In this document: positions 1-12,585 of the stretch, in pieces
How the letters are laid out: the number at the start of each line of letters is the position of its first letter
How positions within the stretch are numbered: the first letter of the stretch is position 1
NCBI GenBank assembly: GCA_000934665.2
Contig: KZ538444.1
Span: forward strand, 1 to 64,000
Origin: Catajapyx aquilonaris
Taxonomy: Eukaryota
DNA length: 64,000 bases
Direction of reading: 5' to 3'
The notes under the pieces: model-generated
The model's database searches: none
The model's input: the letters and a program-made list of their open reading frames with translations, nothing else
Told to the model about the DNA's origin: nothing
Program-made: the position numbers and the translations under genes

Positions 1-181
1 TATGGTGTGACTCTTGAACTATCGTTATCTCTTAACGGCCAGTTAAATGTTAACTAACTGAAGCTTAAGTTGGCTTATTGGCCAGTTAACTAATGGTACC
101 ATTTATGGTGTGACTCTTAAACTATCGTTATCTCTTAACGGCTAGTTAAATGTTAACTAACTGATGCTTAAGTTGGCTTAT
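1..181. repeat. Tandem repeat, 103-bp period, about 1.75 copies (starts at window edge)
   Basis: TATGGTGTGACTCTT...AAGTTGGCTTAT begins at 1 and again at 104 with few substitutions. Confidence 0.9.
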
Positions 182-2730
182 ACTCAGGGACACATAAATT
201 TATTTGTCACGAATGTTGCTTCTGTCGTGATAGCTAGTCGTTGAAGGCTTAATCAACTCTTTGTGACACCCTGTATACCCTGCTTCAATATCAAATCATG
301 CGATTCCGGGTGGGAGGTGGGAGTGGGTATAACCAGCTGTTCAGATCAAGCTCCCTGAATTTAATCAACCTTCAGATTTTTTTTCACTCTTTTTCTTATT
401 TTCTCACGAACAGGGTCAAAATTCGATTCGGAATCTACATGCTTATTACATTTTTTTCTCCATTTCTTATGATTATTCCTAATTACTGGTTTTATGAATC
501 ACGCTTACAGGACACCACGCATGTGCTAGGGAATAAAGGACAGCTGTTGGATTTGTTCTATCCAGACCATAATGTAGCATGAAAATGTCATTTATGGAAC
601 GGGCATGGATTTACTGATTGTGAAACACACCTGTTTCTTTGGACCTGCTGTAAAATTTGATCTGCGAATTTTCGCCACTTTATCCGCGCATTTCTGCGAA
701 CATATATACAACAAAATGGATCCAAAATCGGGTTTCCTCCTTCTCTTTTTTTGATCCAATATCTCCCACACTTCTGGCAGATTCATTTTCTTCAACCCAA
801 CCACTTCTGAGCAAAACAGCTCGACACACAACATGCCCCCCCCCCAGCATTAGAAAAGTACTCTGGAGCCCTTTGCTGCCTCTTCTTTTCAAGCGTCATG
901 GGTACTTTAAATCAACTCTTGGTAGGAGTGAAGCCTGTTGGAGTGAAGATCCCCCAAGCCAGGTAATAAATTTGGGACGGGGCTCACTTTTGGGGCGGTT
1001 TCGTCTCGCCTTTGATTCCATCCAAGTGCACTTTTCCTCGCAGCGAAACAAAATGCAGGGTATAAATCGGGGGGAGATCCGGGTTCGAATCAAGGTGAAG
1101 GTTGTCTCAAGCTTCAAGAAAATGTTTTTTCCCTCATTCTCTTCTGTTCCAGAATAACATGAGAGCGCAAAGAATAAGTATAAGATAAAAAAAAATGGGG
1201 ACGGAAAAAGAGAAGCATGTATAATGATGACAAGAGGGCTTATCAAGCTAAGGAATATTCCGGGCTGAGATCTTAGCAAGGCCGAGAGAGCTAGAGAGAG
1301 ATGATGAACGCGAATGACTTCAGGCCTTTTTTTTTTTTGGAAGGGCGAGTCTTATCATAATGTCCCATGTTCTCCCGCCCGTTTTAAGGGGCCTGTTAAT
1401 AAAATTAGTGCAGGATGTGCTCTACAGATATGTCGGAGTTTGTAACAAAGAGCTATGAATTGTTTCCAATCGAGCTTTGCATCGGGGCTGGGCTCGTTAT
1501 TACGTCTCTTTGGTTATAACAAAGTCACACTTTTGATGACAAAAATTTGCCACCAAAGGGCCAACTTGCCTTCCTAATTTATATTGCGTTAGTATAAATA
1601 ATTAAAGTTATGCAAACCAAAATGAAATTGAATGAAATGAAAGAAAGGAATTACATTGAATAAAATTAATACTAACAATTAAAGTAACATTCAGTGAAAA
1701 GGAAAATTGCATCAAACACCACAAAAATTACAAATAAAATTGAATCGAAATGCACAGGCAAGAGAATAAAACTGAAACAAAATATGACTCAGAAAAATTA
1801 ATATAAATTAAGTAGAAATTAAACTGCATTAATATTGAACAAATTTAAAATGAAATTCTATAGAAATTAAGTTGGAAAAATGATAGGGGTTTATTAACTC
1901 CCTATTCAGCAATAAAAATAACTAGGCATTAAAATTTTAGGATTGTACATTTTTGTTCTACATTAATAGACTGAGTATTGTCAATTAAAATCCAAGAATG
2001 TCGCAAGAATGAAACCTGGTTTTAATATTGAATGTGAAATATTACTCAGAATCAACAGCGAGCTATAGTCAACATGCAGCGTGACTTATCTCCAAAGCCA
2101 AGCAGCAGCACTCAACAACTAGCACAATCTGATTATTTCTAGTCACAGCCAACCTTGGCCAACTCTCAGCTTACTCTCTCTCTCCAATAATATCATCAAG
2201 ATCGAAGTATGAAGAAAAAAAAATTGCATGTCCTTTACTTTCCTAACCTATCCTTTCGTACATATCTGACAAAACCTAAGCGATTGTGACGAAGTGGCAG
2301 GAAACAAAGGGCCTTTCCCCCCTCATATTTTGGCACCGATAGATTGCGAATCACCCCCCACTCATTTAGCAGGCAAGCGAGGGCTGCCATGTTGGATGAC
2401 GGCTCTTCCGTTTCCGACTCGTTTGTCACTGCTTAAAGCACAAACCTTTATCCCGAGGAGAAAACCAGGAAGTGCTTCACAGAACCGGGTTCATTAAACC
2501 CCGTTTCTTACGCGCAGAGATCAAGTGCGTTTTTGCTACTTGTCTCGATTAATTGCAGCCGCCCTCCAAATGGATGAGCCTTAAGTGTAACGTGGGCATT
2601 GCACTTTGTATTCCTGGCATATACGGGCCTCTCGCCTTTATATAGTTACAGGCCTCAGGTTTAGGCTGGCTTATTACATTTAAAAAAATAGGCATATCCT
2701 AAATATTGCGATCTCTGTTGTTAAGCCATA

Positions 2731-2896
2731 CATGGTAGGGTTTCAAAATAGCATTTCTTTTGTACCGCACTGTACCAACCAATCTGATTGGTGGAGCACA
2801 TAATAGGTTGGAGAGGGGGGGGGGGCTATGGTCCACCAATCAGATCGGTTGGTACAGTGCGGTACAAAAGAAATGCTATTTTGACACCCTACCCTG
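2731..2896. mobile_element. Fold-back MITE-like element
   Basis: 65-bp arms (2731-2795 and 2832-2896) with 3 mismatches; CA(T/G)GGT termini; TA on the left flank only. Confidence 0.75.
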
Positions 2897-3040
2897 GACA
2901 TCAGACACCCTAAACGATCTCATTGATCGCTTAGAATGTCTGGCCGGTCTGGGTGTGGAGTGGAGGGGGTGAGGTCGCCTAATCTATTATTTTTTGATAA
3001 GTTATGCTGTGGGTACTGTAGGTACACATAACGTCGTAGT

Positions 3041-3155
3041 CCAACGAACGTTATTGTGGCTTTGTCACGGCGAGATGCATTCGGACTCGCTTTCTGAACT
3101 TCCCCGAGCCTCCACCCCCAACTTGCGCCACTTCGTCTCGTAGGAAATGTCTTCC
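3041..3155 (+). mobile_element. Partial copy of the hairpin element also present at 59082-59219
   Basis: AACGAACGTTATTGTGGCTTTG...CTGAACT.CCCCG.GCCTCCAC...CACTTCGTC.CG.AGGAAA aligns to the reverse complement of about 59077-59173. Confidence 0.7.
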
Positions 3156-4892
3156 ATTGAAGTTATCCTTACCATCCCGCAACCAAAGCGCCTCTCTTGC
3201 CACACAGTGAGGCTGCATTTCAGGGGCAAACCCCTGGACTTGACCTTCCACATTTTATAAAAGGGCGTAAAAATTACGCCGTTGCATAGTGAATCCGATA
3301 AGTGGGACCCAGAGGGAGGGGGGGTTGAACAGATGACAGTGGGAGAGAGCTCTTTGATGGGGGACAAAGTCCATAAAGTCCTCTGGGGACGTGCAGGTGA
3401 GCATGGAAAGTAGAGTGGTGCTGGCATGCAGATGGCTTTGTCTCCAACTCCCAGCCGGCATTAGGCCAGCAATCCTCCAGTTATTTGAGGATCTATCGCC
3501 GACATCAGCAGGGGATTAGTGGGAAATGTAGGCAAGTGACAGATGACGAGGGGGGGAAAGCTTGCAATTCAAGCCCTCCCCAAAGACCCTGCTCTAATGC
3601 ACCACCGGGTTTCTAGACACTGTACAAAATGAAGCGGGAACGAAAAAGTAGGAAATACGCTGCTTGATATACCACAATTTTTCGAGACGGAACGGAACAG
3701 AAAATTCCGGCCGTAAACTTGGAAGATCCAGATGGCAAAGAAGCAGATTAATTAGCAGCCATACAATTTTCCTCGGATGAAACTTGACCCAAGGACCCAA
3801 TAAAAGCTGCCTTGAAACATAAGTGAAGGAGCAGCAAGTGTTATTTTTTGTGTGGGGAGGGGGGGGGGGGGGGGGACATATGNAAAACTTCCGTGTCAGT
3901 TTGTTGTTGGGAGGAAGAGTTTAGGGAAGTAACAAGAGTTGCAACGACCTACTTCAGTTGGATGTGGTTTATGGCAGCGGCTGGATAAAACTTATTCTCC
4001 CAGAAAATATGAAACTTGAAACTTTTTTTCCCCCTCGATTTTTCTTCAGGTGAGTACGTACACTTTTTTTTGGAAGAGGGCGCCTTACTGGCCGTCACAA
4101 AATCCGAAATGTCCTTCGATTCTATCTCCTCCAACTTTGGGAAGGTCGCAGTTTTTTTTATTGCACTTCCGGCTCTAAATGTCAGCGATCAAGACGCCTT
4201 TTTTTTCCTTTCTCCAGATTTGCTCACAAATGGAACTCGTAATGGCCTGGCTTTAATAGTTCCAATGTCTTAAGGGTGAAGCATACCCCTTCCTGGAACA
4301 CTGCAACTTCCGGGATTATATATATATTTTTGATCCGTCCGTTACGTAACCACCGAGCTGACTTTGGCATTCGGTTTAATCAGCGAGAATGGTTACCACG
4401 AGCTTTTCCATCACGAATGGCAAAAAAAACCCTCGCGAAATGTGTCTTGCAGAAAATCGGGTCCAACCAACCAAGCCAAACCCCCTGTCGTTGTTTGACA
4501 CTGGCACGAAATGCACTACACGCTATGCGGTTATACCAACTGTTTGTGCTGCACCTGTCATGTGTAACAACATTACAAGCAGGACACATGCTGGGGTGTA
4601 ATAGTTTAAGTAGCCCGTGGTGGGGTCAATTACTGGGTTAATTGCGGATATTGTTTGGATAAATGTGGAACCCATGTGAAACTGTCGATTTTTTAAGGAG
4701 ATGTTTGTTTGGTGCTGCGTCATACGCGGTTTTTGGTGCTAAGCAAATGTCAATATCATTACTATTTTAGCAAATAAAATTACCAGTCCAGTGTCGCACG
4801 CGTGTGATTTTTGCGCAGTAATCACCCGGATTTTTTGTGTGTGGAAATGAGAGCCATATTCAATTACTCATTTATAAATTAATGATTGTTAA

Positions 4893-5271
4893 TCTTCTTA
4901 TATAATAAAACAGAAAGTATGTATGTATGTCCTGGCTACCTAACCCACTTTCGGACTACTGTGAGTCCTGAAACTTGGCACACTGATGACTTACAGTCAG
5001 TTAAACCAAAGAACGATCTGACGTCACGTTCAGCCCCGCCTCCAACCGCATGTTCCCTCCAATCCTGTCCCCGAATCTTTCTGCAAGCATACTACTGCGC
5101 ATGCGCAGAAAACACAGCTGTATGACGTCATATCATTCTTTGTTTGGTGCTGCTGATTGGTGGAAAAGTCCGAAAACTTCGCCGCTTTTTGATATAATCC
5201 AAATGACTATAGGAATTCTGGTTTACTTTACCATGGAAACAAGCCGTGAGAAGAACGGGCTCCGCTGCTAG
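4893..5271 (+). mobile_element. Non-autonomous Helitron-like element
   Basis: 5' A|TCTTCTTATATAATAAAA followed by (GTAT)n; 3' short hairpin CCGT...ACGG then CTAG|T; sits between A and T with no TSD, which are canonical Helitron termini. Confidence 0.7.
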
Positions 5272-5416
5272 TTATGTATATATTTTGTGCTAGCAACTGA
5301 GCAGTCTGAGAACCAGCATTTAAAGACAACTTTGACATGTTACAGTATCTCCGGCCTCGCATGTAATTGCTCAATAATTGTCACTGTACATTCCCTCATG
5401 GGGGGGGGGGGGGGGG

Positions 5417-5631
5417 NNNNNNNNNNNNNNNNNNNNNNNNNNNNNNNNNNNNNNNNNNNNNNNNNNNNNNNNNNNNNNNNNNNNNNNNNNNNNNNNNNNN
5501 NNNNNNNNNNNNNNNNNNNNNNNNNNNNNNNNNNNNNNNNNNNNNNNNNNNNNNNNNNNNNNNNNNNNNNNNNNNNNNNNNNNNNNNNNNNNNNNNNNNN
5601 NNNNNNNNNNNNNNNNNNNNNNNNNNNNNNN
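5417..5631. other. Assembly gap (N run) between a poly-G and a poly-C tract
   Basis: 215 N directly visible. Confidence 0.99.
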
Positions 5632-7411
5632 CCCCCCCCCCCCCCCCCGTTTAAATAATAACGGCCCCGGATAAAACCCGAAGTCCCCGAAATACTGCCA
5701 GTGTAAACTGAGGGTAGTAGTAACCCTGTAAACAGCCAGTGTTGCAATGACCCGCCTATAAACACTCAGGAGATGCGACCATATAATAGGAAGGAAAATG
5801 TATGAACTACATGAACACATATTACCTTGCTTTAAAATAAGCTTCTTTTTTTACCAAAAACTTAAAAGATCGTGCACCACATTTTTTGGAGCATGCAACT
5901 TTCAGGAAGTGGCGGGGGTCCAGCCGGAAATGCTTACTAATAAAACCGGCCTCGTGTTGCCATTCTTGGAAAAAAATATTCGTCGCGTGGAAGTTAGGGA
6001 TGGGTGGTGGTAACACACATACCAAAAAAAAAGTAGATTAAAATAAGGTCGACATGTGCACCCAACATTAATGTGATCGTTTATTATACACTCGTGGGGC
6101 TTCCCTCCCCCCTCCCCCCCTCCCCCCAAAAAAATAACGACCATAAAAACAATTTTAGTGCTTTATTTTCCAAAATAATAGGGGCCCCGGGCTTGGTTCA
6201 CTACTTTTGAGGAATAATCGTTTGAACTTTGACTCTAAACATTGCGAATATTAATGGCATGTATACACATCGGCACACAAAAAATTATTCACAGATATTT
6301 TAAAAAGAAGATTGGCAAATCACGCGGGCGTGATTCGAGTATACTACTTGTTCTCATTGGGCAGTGAGAACTTCGTCTGATAAACCCGATACGATACGAT
6401 GCGACACTATGCGATTCTAATATGACAACGGTTCCAATTTAAACGGTAAATTGACCTTGGCGGATTGACCAAACCCGGAAACCCTGAAGTTGACCATGGA
6501 ACCTATTTTGGTCACGATTGAATTCGAATCCGAAAACCGTTTGTCGTTATCTCTTGTGGTTTAGGCCCTGATACATGTCCACAGACATACGGACAGAGCA
6601 CGGTCTATAAGCTTTTTTTTTCAATGAGAAAAGTCTAAAAGCGCGTGAATTATGGCTTCATTATGATGTCGTAAGCCCCGCAAAAAAACGCGCTTCTAGT
6701 AATTCAAGTGAATCGCACTTCAAGTAACAGAACGAAGTGCTCCTATTAATCACACGTTACACAAACACATGTGAGTGGGGACCCCACATTTTTCGCAAAA
6801 AAAAAAAAAAAAAAGAGGACCATCCGGCTGGTCCTTGGCTCAAAAATTAATCCCCGCTGCTCTCGGAAAGTCATGCTTCTCCCGATTTTTTTTTTCTCAT
6901 GCGAATACACTACTCGCAGGCTTAACATTTTTTGGGGGGAGCATGGTAACAAACTTTAGCGAAAATTACAACCGAAATTTACTCGGTGCGCAATATCCTG
7001 GTCAGGCCTGGAGCCATTTCCAGGTGTGACAATGGGGGCCATCAAGAGGCGGCGGCGAGGCAGGCATTGCCAAGCCAAACCACCTTCCAAGGTGCCTAAG
7101 TGTCAGGAAATTATCTGCAATCTGCATTGCCATTAATGACACCCGACACGGAAGCGACTAATTACCAAAAAAAGGGGTGGGGGGGGGGAGAGTAGAGGGA
7201 GGGGGACACGCAACCATCCAACTACAAGGCGCGCCATCTTGTTTAATTGAATCGCCCCCACCACCTTCTCGAAAAGGGTTTTCACACCCTCCTGACTTTG
7301 ATTCCAGAGGGCTAATTATGACTGACACGGTTAATCTCACACGTGCAACTCAATTATTCATTCCCTGGGCTTGACAAGGAGGAAGGTGGAAAAGTGGAGC
7401 GACCGATACAA

Positions 7412-8166
7412 CAGGGTGTTTCGAAAGAAGAAAAAAAAAAATCTGGGTTCTAATCTGTGCCGACGTAATACGAGCGCAACCGAGTGCGCAACACAGTTCG
7501 CGCAGCGTGCACGGTTGGCATTATCAATGATAACTGGTAAGCTCTCTGTATAATGGATGTACTGGTATACAAGGTGTTCCAAGTTCGTGGGTCATTTTTA
7601 GTTATGGGAAATTTTGCTGGAATCTGTTATTTTTTGTAGCTTATTGGTCCCCTATAAACCAGGGTGATTCTAAACCCTACATATAGGTAACTGGATTGTA
7701 TTGTTGGTTTCCAGTTGTACCAACTAGCAGATTGTTGACAGTCATAGGATGAGTTGGCATACTTGGAATTGGCACAACTGGCTACCAACAATATATCATC
7801 CAATTACCTATGTATCCAGACTTTAAAGTCACCCTGTATAGCACCTGGGAGTAAACCTGCTGGATCGGGGCGCAACAAGCGACATAAAAATAGTTAATTC
7901 GGGCGATATCAGTGATAACTAAAAACGATTCACGAACTTGCACACCCTGTATTAGAGCTGCACTTATTTCCAACGCTACGGAACAAAATGGCCGACGATT
8001 GCGACGTTGCCGAGGCTCTGAACGAACCTCAGAGGCTATGGGTGTGAATTATCTCCTGGAGAGTAGCTTTGGCAACGTTGTTGTCATAACAATGGAGCTG
8101 CGCGAGTGTGGGTGCGCACTCGGTTGAGCTCGTTAAAAAATCATCTATAGGTCTCTCACGACCCTG
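7412..8166. mobile_element. Nested cluster of three CAGGGT-type (Tc1/mariner-like) MITEs
   Basis: Inner element 7660-7836 (CAGGGTGA...TCACCCTG, degenerate arms); middle element 7570-7949 (about 35-bp TIRs, TA on both flanks); outer host homologous to 28230-28380 and 25195-25350. Outer boundaries are approximate. Confidence 0.7.
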
Positions 8167-11100
8167 AGAGTGACAGTGGCTTATTATGTGGAATGGGCTG
8201 TTGGACAGAGCCAGAAAAAAATGCGAAACGATAAGGAAATCCTTATAATAGAGTGTGGGAGAAGGCGAATCCGAGCCTCTCAGATGGGAATTGTCCGAGA
8301 AAAACCCCCTAGAAAGGATAGCCAGCTTTATATATATGACCCCCTCATGGTTTAGATGTATCCATCCATCCAGTTTTTTGAGCGAAAGGTCCAATTTCGA
8401 GGATCTGACGGAAAAAAAAAATCCTTCGTCCAGCTTGAACCACTTTTTCACACCCCCTTAAGTAATCATGTTTCTACCTTTCCGCACCAAATTTCCAGGG
8501 CTTTTTTGCAAAATCCTGGTCCGCAACGCCATCTCTTTTGTATACCCCCTATCCCCGAGCACAATCGATTTGCACAATGCACGACGGATTTGCAATCCAT
8601 TTTCAAACCCACACCACCTACTCTCCTTTTTCTTCCAGCTTTGAATTCGGCATTTCGCGAAGCTGGAATTTAGAATGAGCACTAATTCACATGGAAAAAA
8701 TAGTTCACATTTTTTCAAATAAAAAAATTGCGCAATTAAAGCAAAAATACGCGAGCGAAAATTTGGCTGAAAGTGTGATATATAATGGACTGACAGGACA
8801 GCGTGCAAAAAAATTTGTTATGTCACACTCCTCGCCTAATTCAGCCGCAGGACACGAACTTATGACATTTCCTGTAACACTAATTTAAGTATAATTCAAC
8901 ATTTAACATGGAATGGTCCTTCGAATTTAAGCAAAGTTTTAAATGATTTTTTTTACAATGGTCGCTAATTTATTTAGCAGTTTTCACTCTCTTTACATTA
9001 TCATCCATTCTATTGCTTGTAAATTTTCTTTTCAAGCCAGTCACACTCACAAACAACTTTTTTAAAAAAAATTTTAAATGTAAAAAATCAAACAAGACCC
9101 ACACCCTGGACAGTCAATTAATGAGTGAGGGCAATTAATGTGAGAGCTGGAATTACCCCTCGAAATGACGTCCCCCCACAGAAACTTGTGTAGCCATTCC
9201 AAGCAGCTGCTTTCCCCAAAAGCACCTTGGGAGGATCGTTCCTCATTAGTAAGTTCCAATAATTTTGCTTCTCTTCCAACTTTGTGGACCTCAGCCGCAC
9301 AACACGTAAATCACTTTTGAGTGAAAAGCGCCTTCCAAATTTTGGTTGGGGTATAAGGTCTGGAGGCCAAGGTTATCGGTGCATGAATCCAGATGTTGGA
9401 AAATTTTCATCTCTGCCGGCTTCTGGCTGCTACCATGTATGGCAAGCCCTTGAAAATCTGTCGGCCTTGTGCTGCCAAAATTTCCAGCCAGCTGGAGGCG
9501 GAAAGAGATAGGCAGTGCCCCAAAACAGCGGCGGGGGTTTTACGAGAGCAAGGGCGGATATCAGGCCTGGCCCCCACCATATAAAAGGGCTTTTTCACTC
9601 CCAGTCAACTGTCGGCTTCCTATTATATAACATAATAATAAGTAAAGGCGGAATCAAGCGGACAATAGGGGATAGTCCGCCCGACCACCCACAGGCCCAC
9701 AAAACAGCTCGGGGGAATCACTAAAAGGAGAGAGAGAGAGGCCCCCACCGAACAATGACAGGTTTTTGGAGCCCTTTAGTTATGGTGTGGTATCGACGTG
9801 TTTGCTGCAGTGTTATTGAAACCGCAAACTAGTAAACTGCTTGCCAAAACTGTCCACGACAAAGTGCTACATTTCACACACAGATGGCGCATCCTCCCTC
9901 TTTGCACACTACTGCCACTCTCAGTCCTTGCGATTTGTTGTGGTACTACCAGCTCGGACAAACAGTTGACTCTGGATATAACAGCCTCGCGGTTTTTCCG
10001 CGGTCCCTTGGAGCCTGTTACATAATTATACGAAGTCAACTGTATATGTATGATTGTAGAGAAAATACTGTATCTAAGGTAAATAAGTGCACAAAAATTA
10101 ATCAAACAATATAAATAGAAAATGCAAGTACAGTATAAGTGAATTGACATTTTCGCAACCGCGGAGATCAGTAGAGCGGAGCATCATCTCGAAAAATAGC
10201 TTCCTTTCATCTCCTATTTTAAGGCCGTAACAGAATAAGGCACATGCCAAAGGGGTGGTGGCTGGATTGGTGCGTGTGGGAAGCTGCACTTTGCCCCGGG
10301 GCCAAATAAAAAAAAAGAGAGAGAGAGAAAATCTGGGGCTTGAAACATGCTATTTTCAGATATGGGTATATAGGTTTGAGCACATTCAATTTTCAGCATC
10401 GGCCTTGAAGGATGCCCCACATTGTTTAGGTCTATAGTACCTAGCATACAAGGGCTGGAAGCACAGTTCATGAGGTGGGAAAGCAGCTGTTCAACCCAGC
10501 AACCACCTGAAGAACGTAGCAACAATCTTAGATGCATGGACAGACGCCATGACACTTTAGGAGAGAGTATGTGCTGCCTTTTGTTTTTGCTTGTAAAAAA
10601 TTAGGCTGCCATGTCACTTAAGGGCAAAAAATGCTTCGTTTTCGTTTTACAAGCTTGTTCATTAATTAATGATTAATTGGGCATTTCAAAAATGATTGCT
10701 GGGGGGGTGAACAACATTTTGTTTCTCCAACGTTTTCCTTCTTTTGGACTGTAGAATTGAACAGTCCGAATCGTAAATAAGTTGTTGGACCATTTCCTTT
10801 CAAAAAAAAATCTATTTTCGCAGCTTTAGCAAAACAGAAAAAAAGGCGCCAATAACGACCAGCCTATTCGCGATGTGTTTGGAATTCCGCATACGAAGTG
10901 GGCTCTATCAACGTGGAACGTGGCCCATTTAGTCCAAGCTGGAATCCACCAATATAGCTAGCCCCTCCGTCGGTCTATGCCAGACAAGTCATTAACGATT
11001 GGCTCCCTAACAATATTAGAGAGAAAAAGACGAAGGGAGGAGAAGAGAAAAAAAGTGCGAGCGAAAATAAGCAACTGATACTGAAAAACAGCGTCAGAAA

Positions 11101-12199
11101 AACAAACATGTCCTTCGCGCCTGAAGCTAAGGGTCAACTCTGCAAGTAGGTCAATCTCTATTTATTTTGGGGGAAAAAGGAGGTTAGTCTGCTCTCTAAC
11201 GCTTCCTTTAAATCGGATAGCCGGATGGAGGGGAAAAAGCCAGACTTTTATATCGAAAAAGAAGTGTACACTGTGACTATTGATGTAAACGTTTTTTTTC
11301 GCTGAAAAAAATGTAATAAAAGAGACGTGCTCTTGTTGTGCAAATGTTTGCTCGTCTTCGCGCTTTAGTTTGTACTTTTATGTCGTTTGCTATACACTTC
11401 CAAAGTCGGATTGTTTATTCCAAGCAATCAGCAGCCAGAAAAATCATCTCGACTGTTGTTTTTAACTCTTGAATCTGGTCCAATATTCGGCGCTATATTC
11501 CAAATAAGGGGATCCAGCATGAAACTATTCGCATCAGAAGGTTATAGTAATGATTGAAAAGAGCAGCAAAAGGCCAGATGAAAAGTGGTGGGTCCTATTG
11601 TTCAGAATCCTGCTGACAGCCATTGTGGCCATCTCCCCCAGCAACATTGCTCCTGTATCAACATTACTCACTCCTTAGGCGAGAGAGAAGAAACCTTGAA
11701 CGAGCTAGAAAAAGGGTCGAGTGAAGGCCAGGGTTTTCTCACTTTTATTTTCCTTCTCACAGTTAGCTAGCTATCCGAGGGGGAGTTTAAATGAAACCTG
11801 CTAATTACCGGGCAGGATAATTGCTCCCAGACGAAGGACAAAGGGAGCTAGCTTCTTTGTGGTGGTGGGAGATGGGGGAGAGGGTAGGGTCCATGACAGC
11901 TGACAGGCCGAGTAAGTTGCCAGCAAGGAATTTCTGCCAAGGGAATAATGCGAGGCAGCAATGGTAATAGCCAACCTCATCCAGGCGCCATTTAAAGCCA
12001 TACTCCACAAAGCTCTGGACACATTCATTTTGGAGGAGAGAGAGAGCGCCAGCTAACTGCTTAGTTTTTCCGGGCACTAATTGCTCGAAATTGAAAGTTG
12101 CTCCGTTTTGAATGCAAGTCCCCCTAAGGACGGACGTCCTCAGAGGTACACTGCCAGACACTTCCAAGGGCATGGCTGGAGCGACCCTGACCCTGGTGT

Positions 12200-12585
12200 G
12201 ACTCTGTCCCTGCACACGTTGACTTATCACCTAGGTGCATGTAGTATACCACCTTCCCCGTTCACTAATGAGAGGACACAACAGGTTCACTCTCTGTAGC
12301 GGTCAGAAGTTGGGTCACGTTTCAACGGAGACCCTAGTGGGCTTTGTCCGGCGACTCATCACCAACGTGCTATCCCCTGAGAGCGTCAGTAGCGTGGATA
12401 AAGTGACCTTGCGCGCCGCCTGTTAGTGGAATATTGGACTATCACCAACGTGCATGTAGTACTACTTCCCCCCTGAGAGCGGCAGTAGTGTAGAGAAATG
12501 AAGCCTGCACGCCACCTGTTAGTGGAATATCGTACTATGTCCTAGTGGACAGTGGGTCGGGCAGTGTTGCCAAGTTTTGTACAAA
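12200..12585 (+). mobile_element. Dispersed Helitron-like mini-element (family B) with internal duplication
   Basis: Reverse-complement similarity to 29648-30008 (GACTCATCACCAACGTG, TGAGAGCGGCAGTAGTGT, CAGTGTTGCCAA). Boundaries approximate. Confidence 0.6.

Noticed and set aside
5287..5820. ORFs spanning the N gap
   Set aside because: Open only because N codons cannot be stops.
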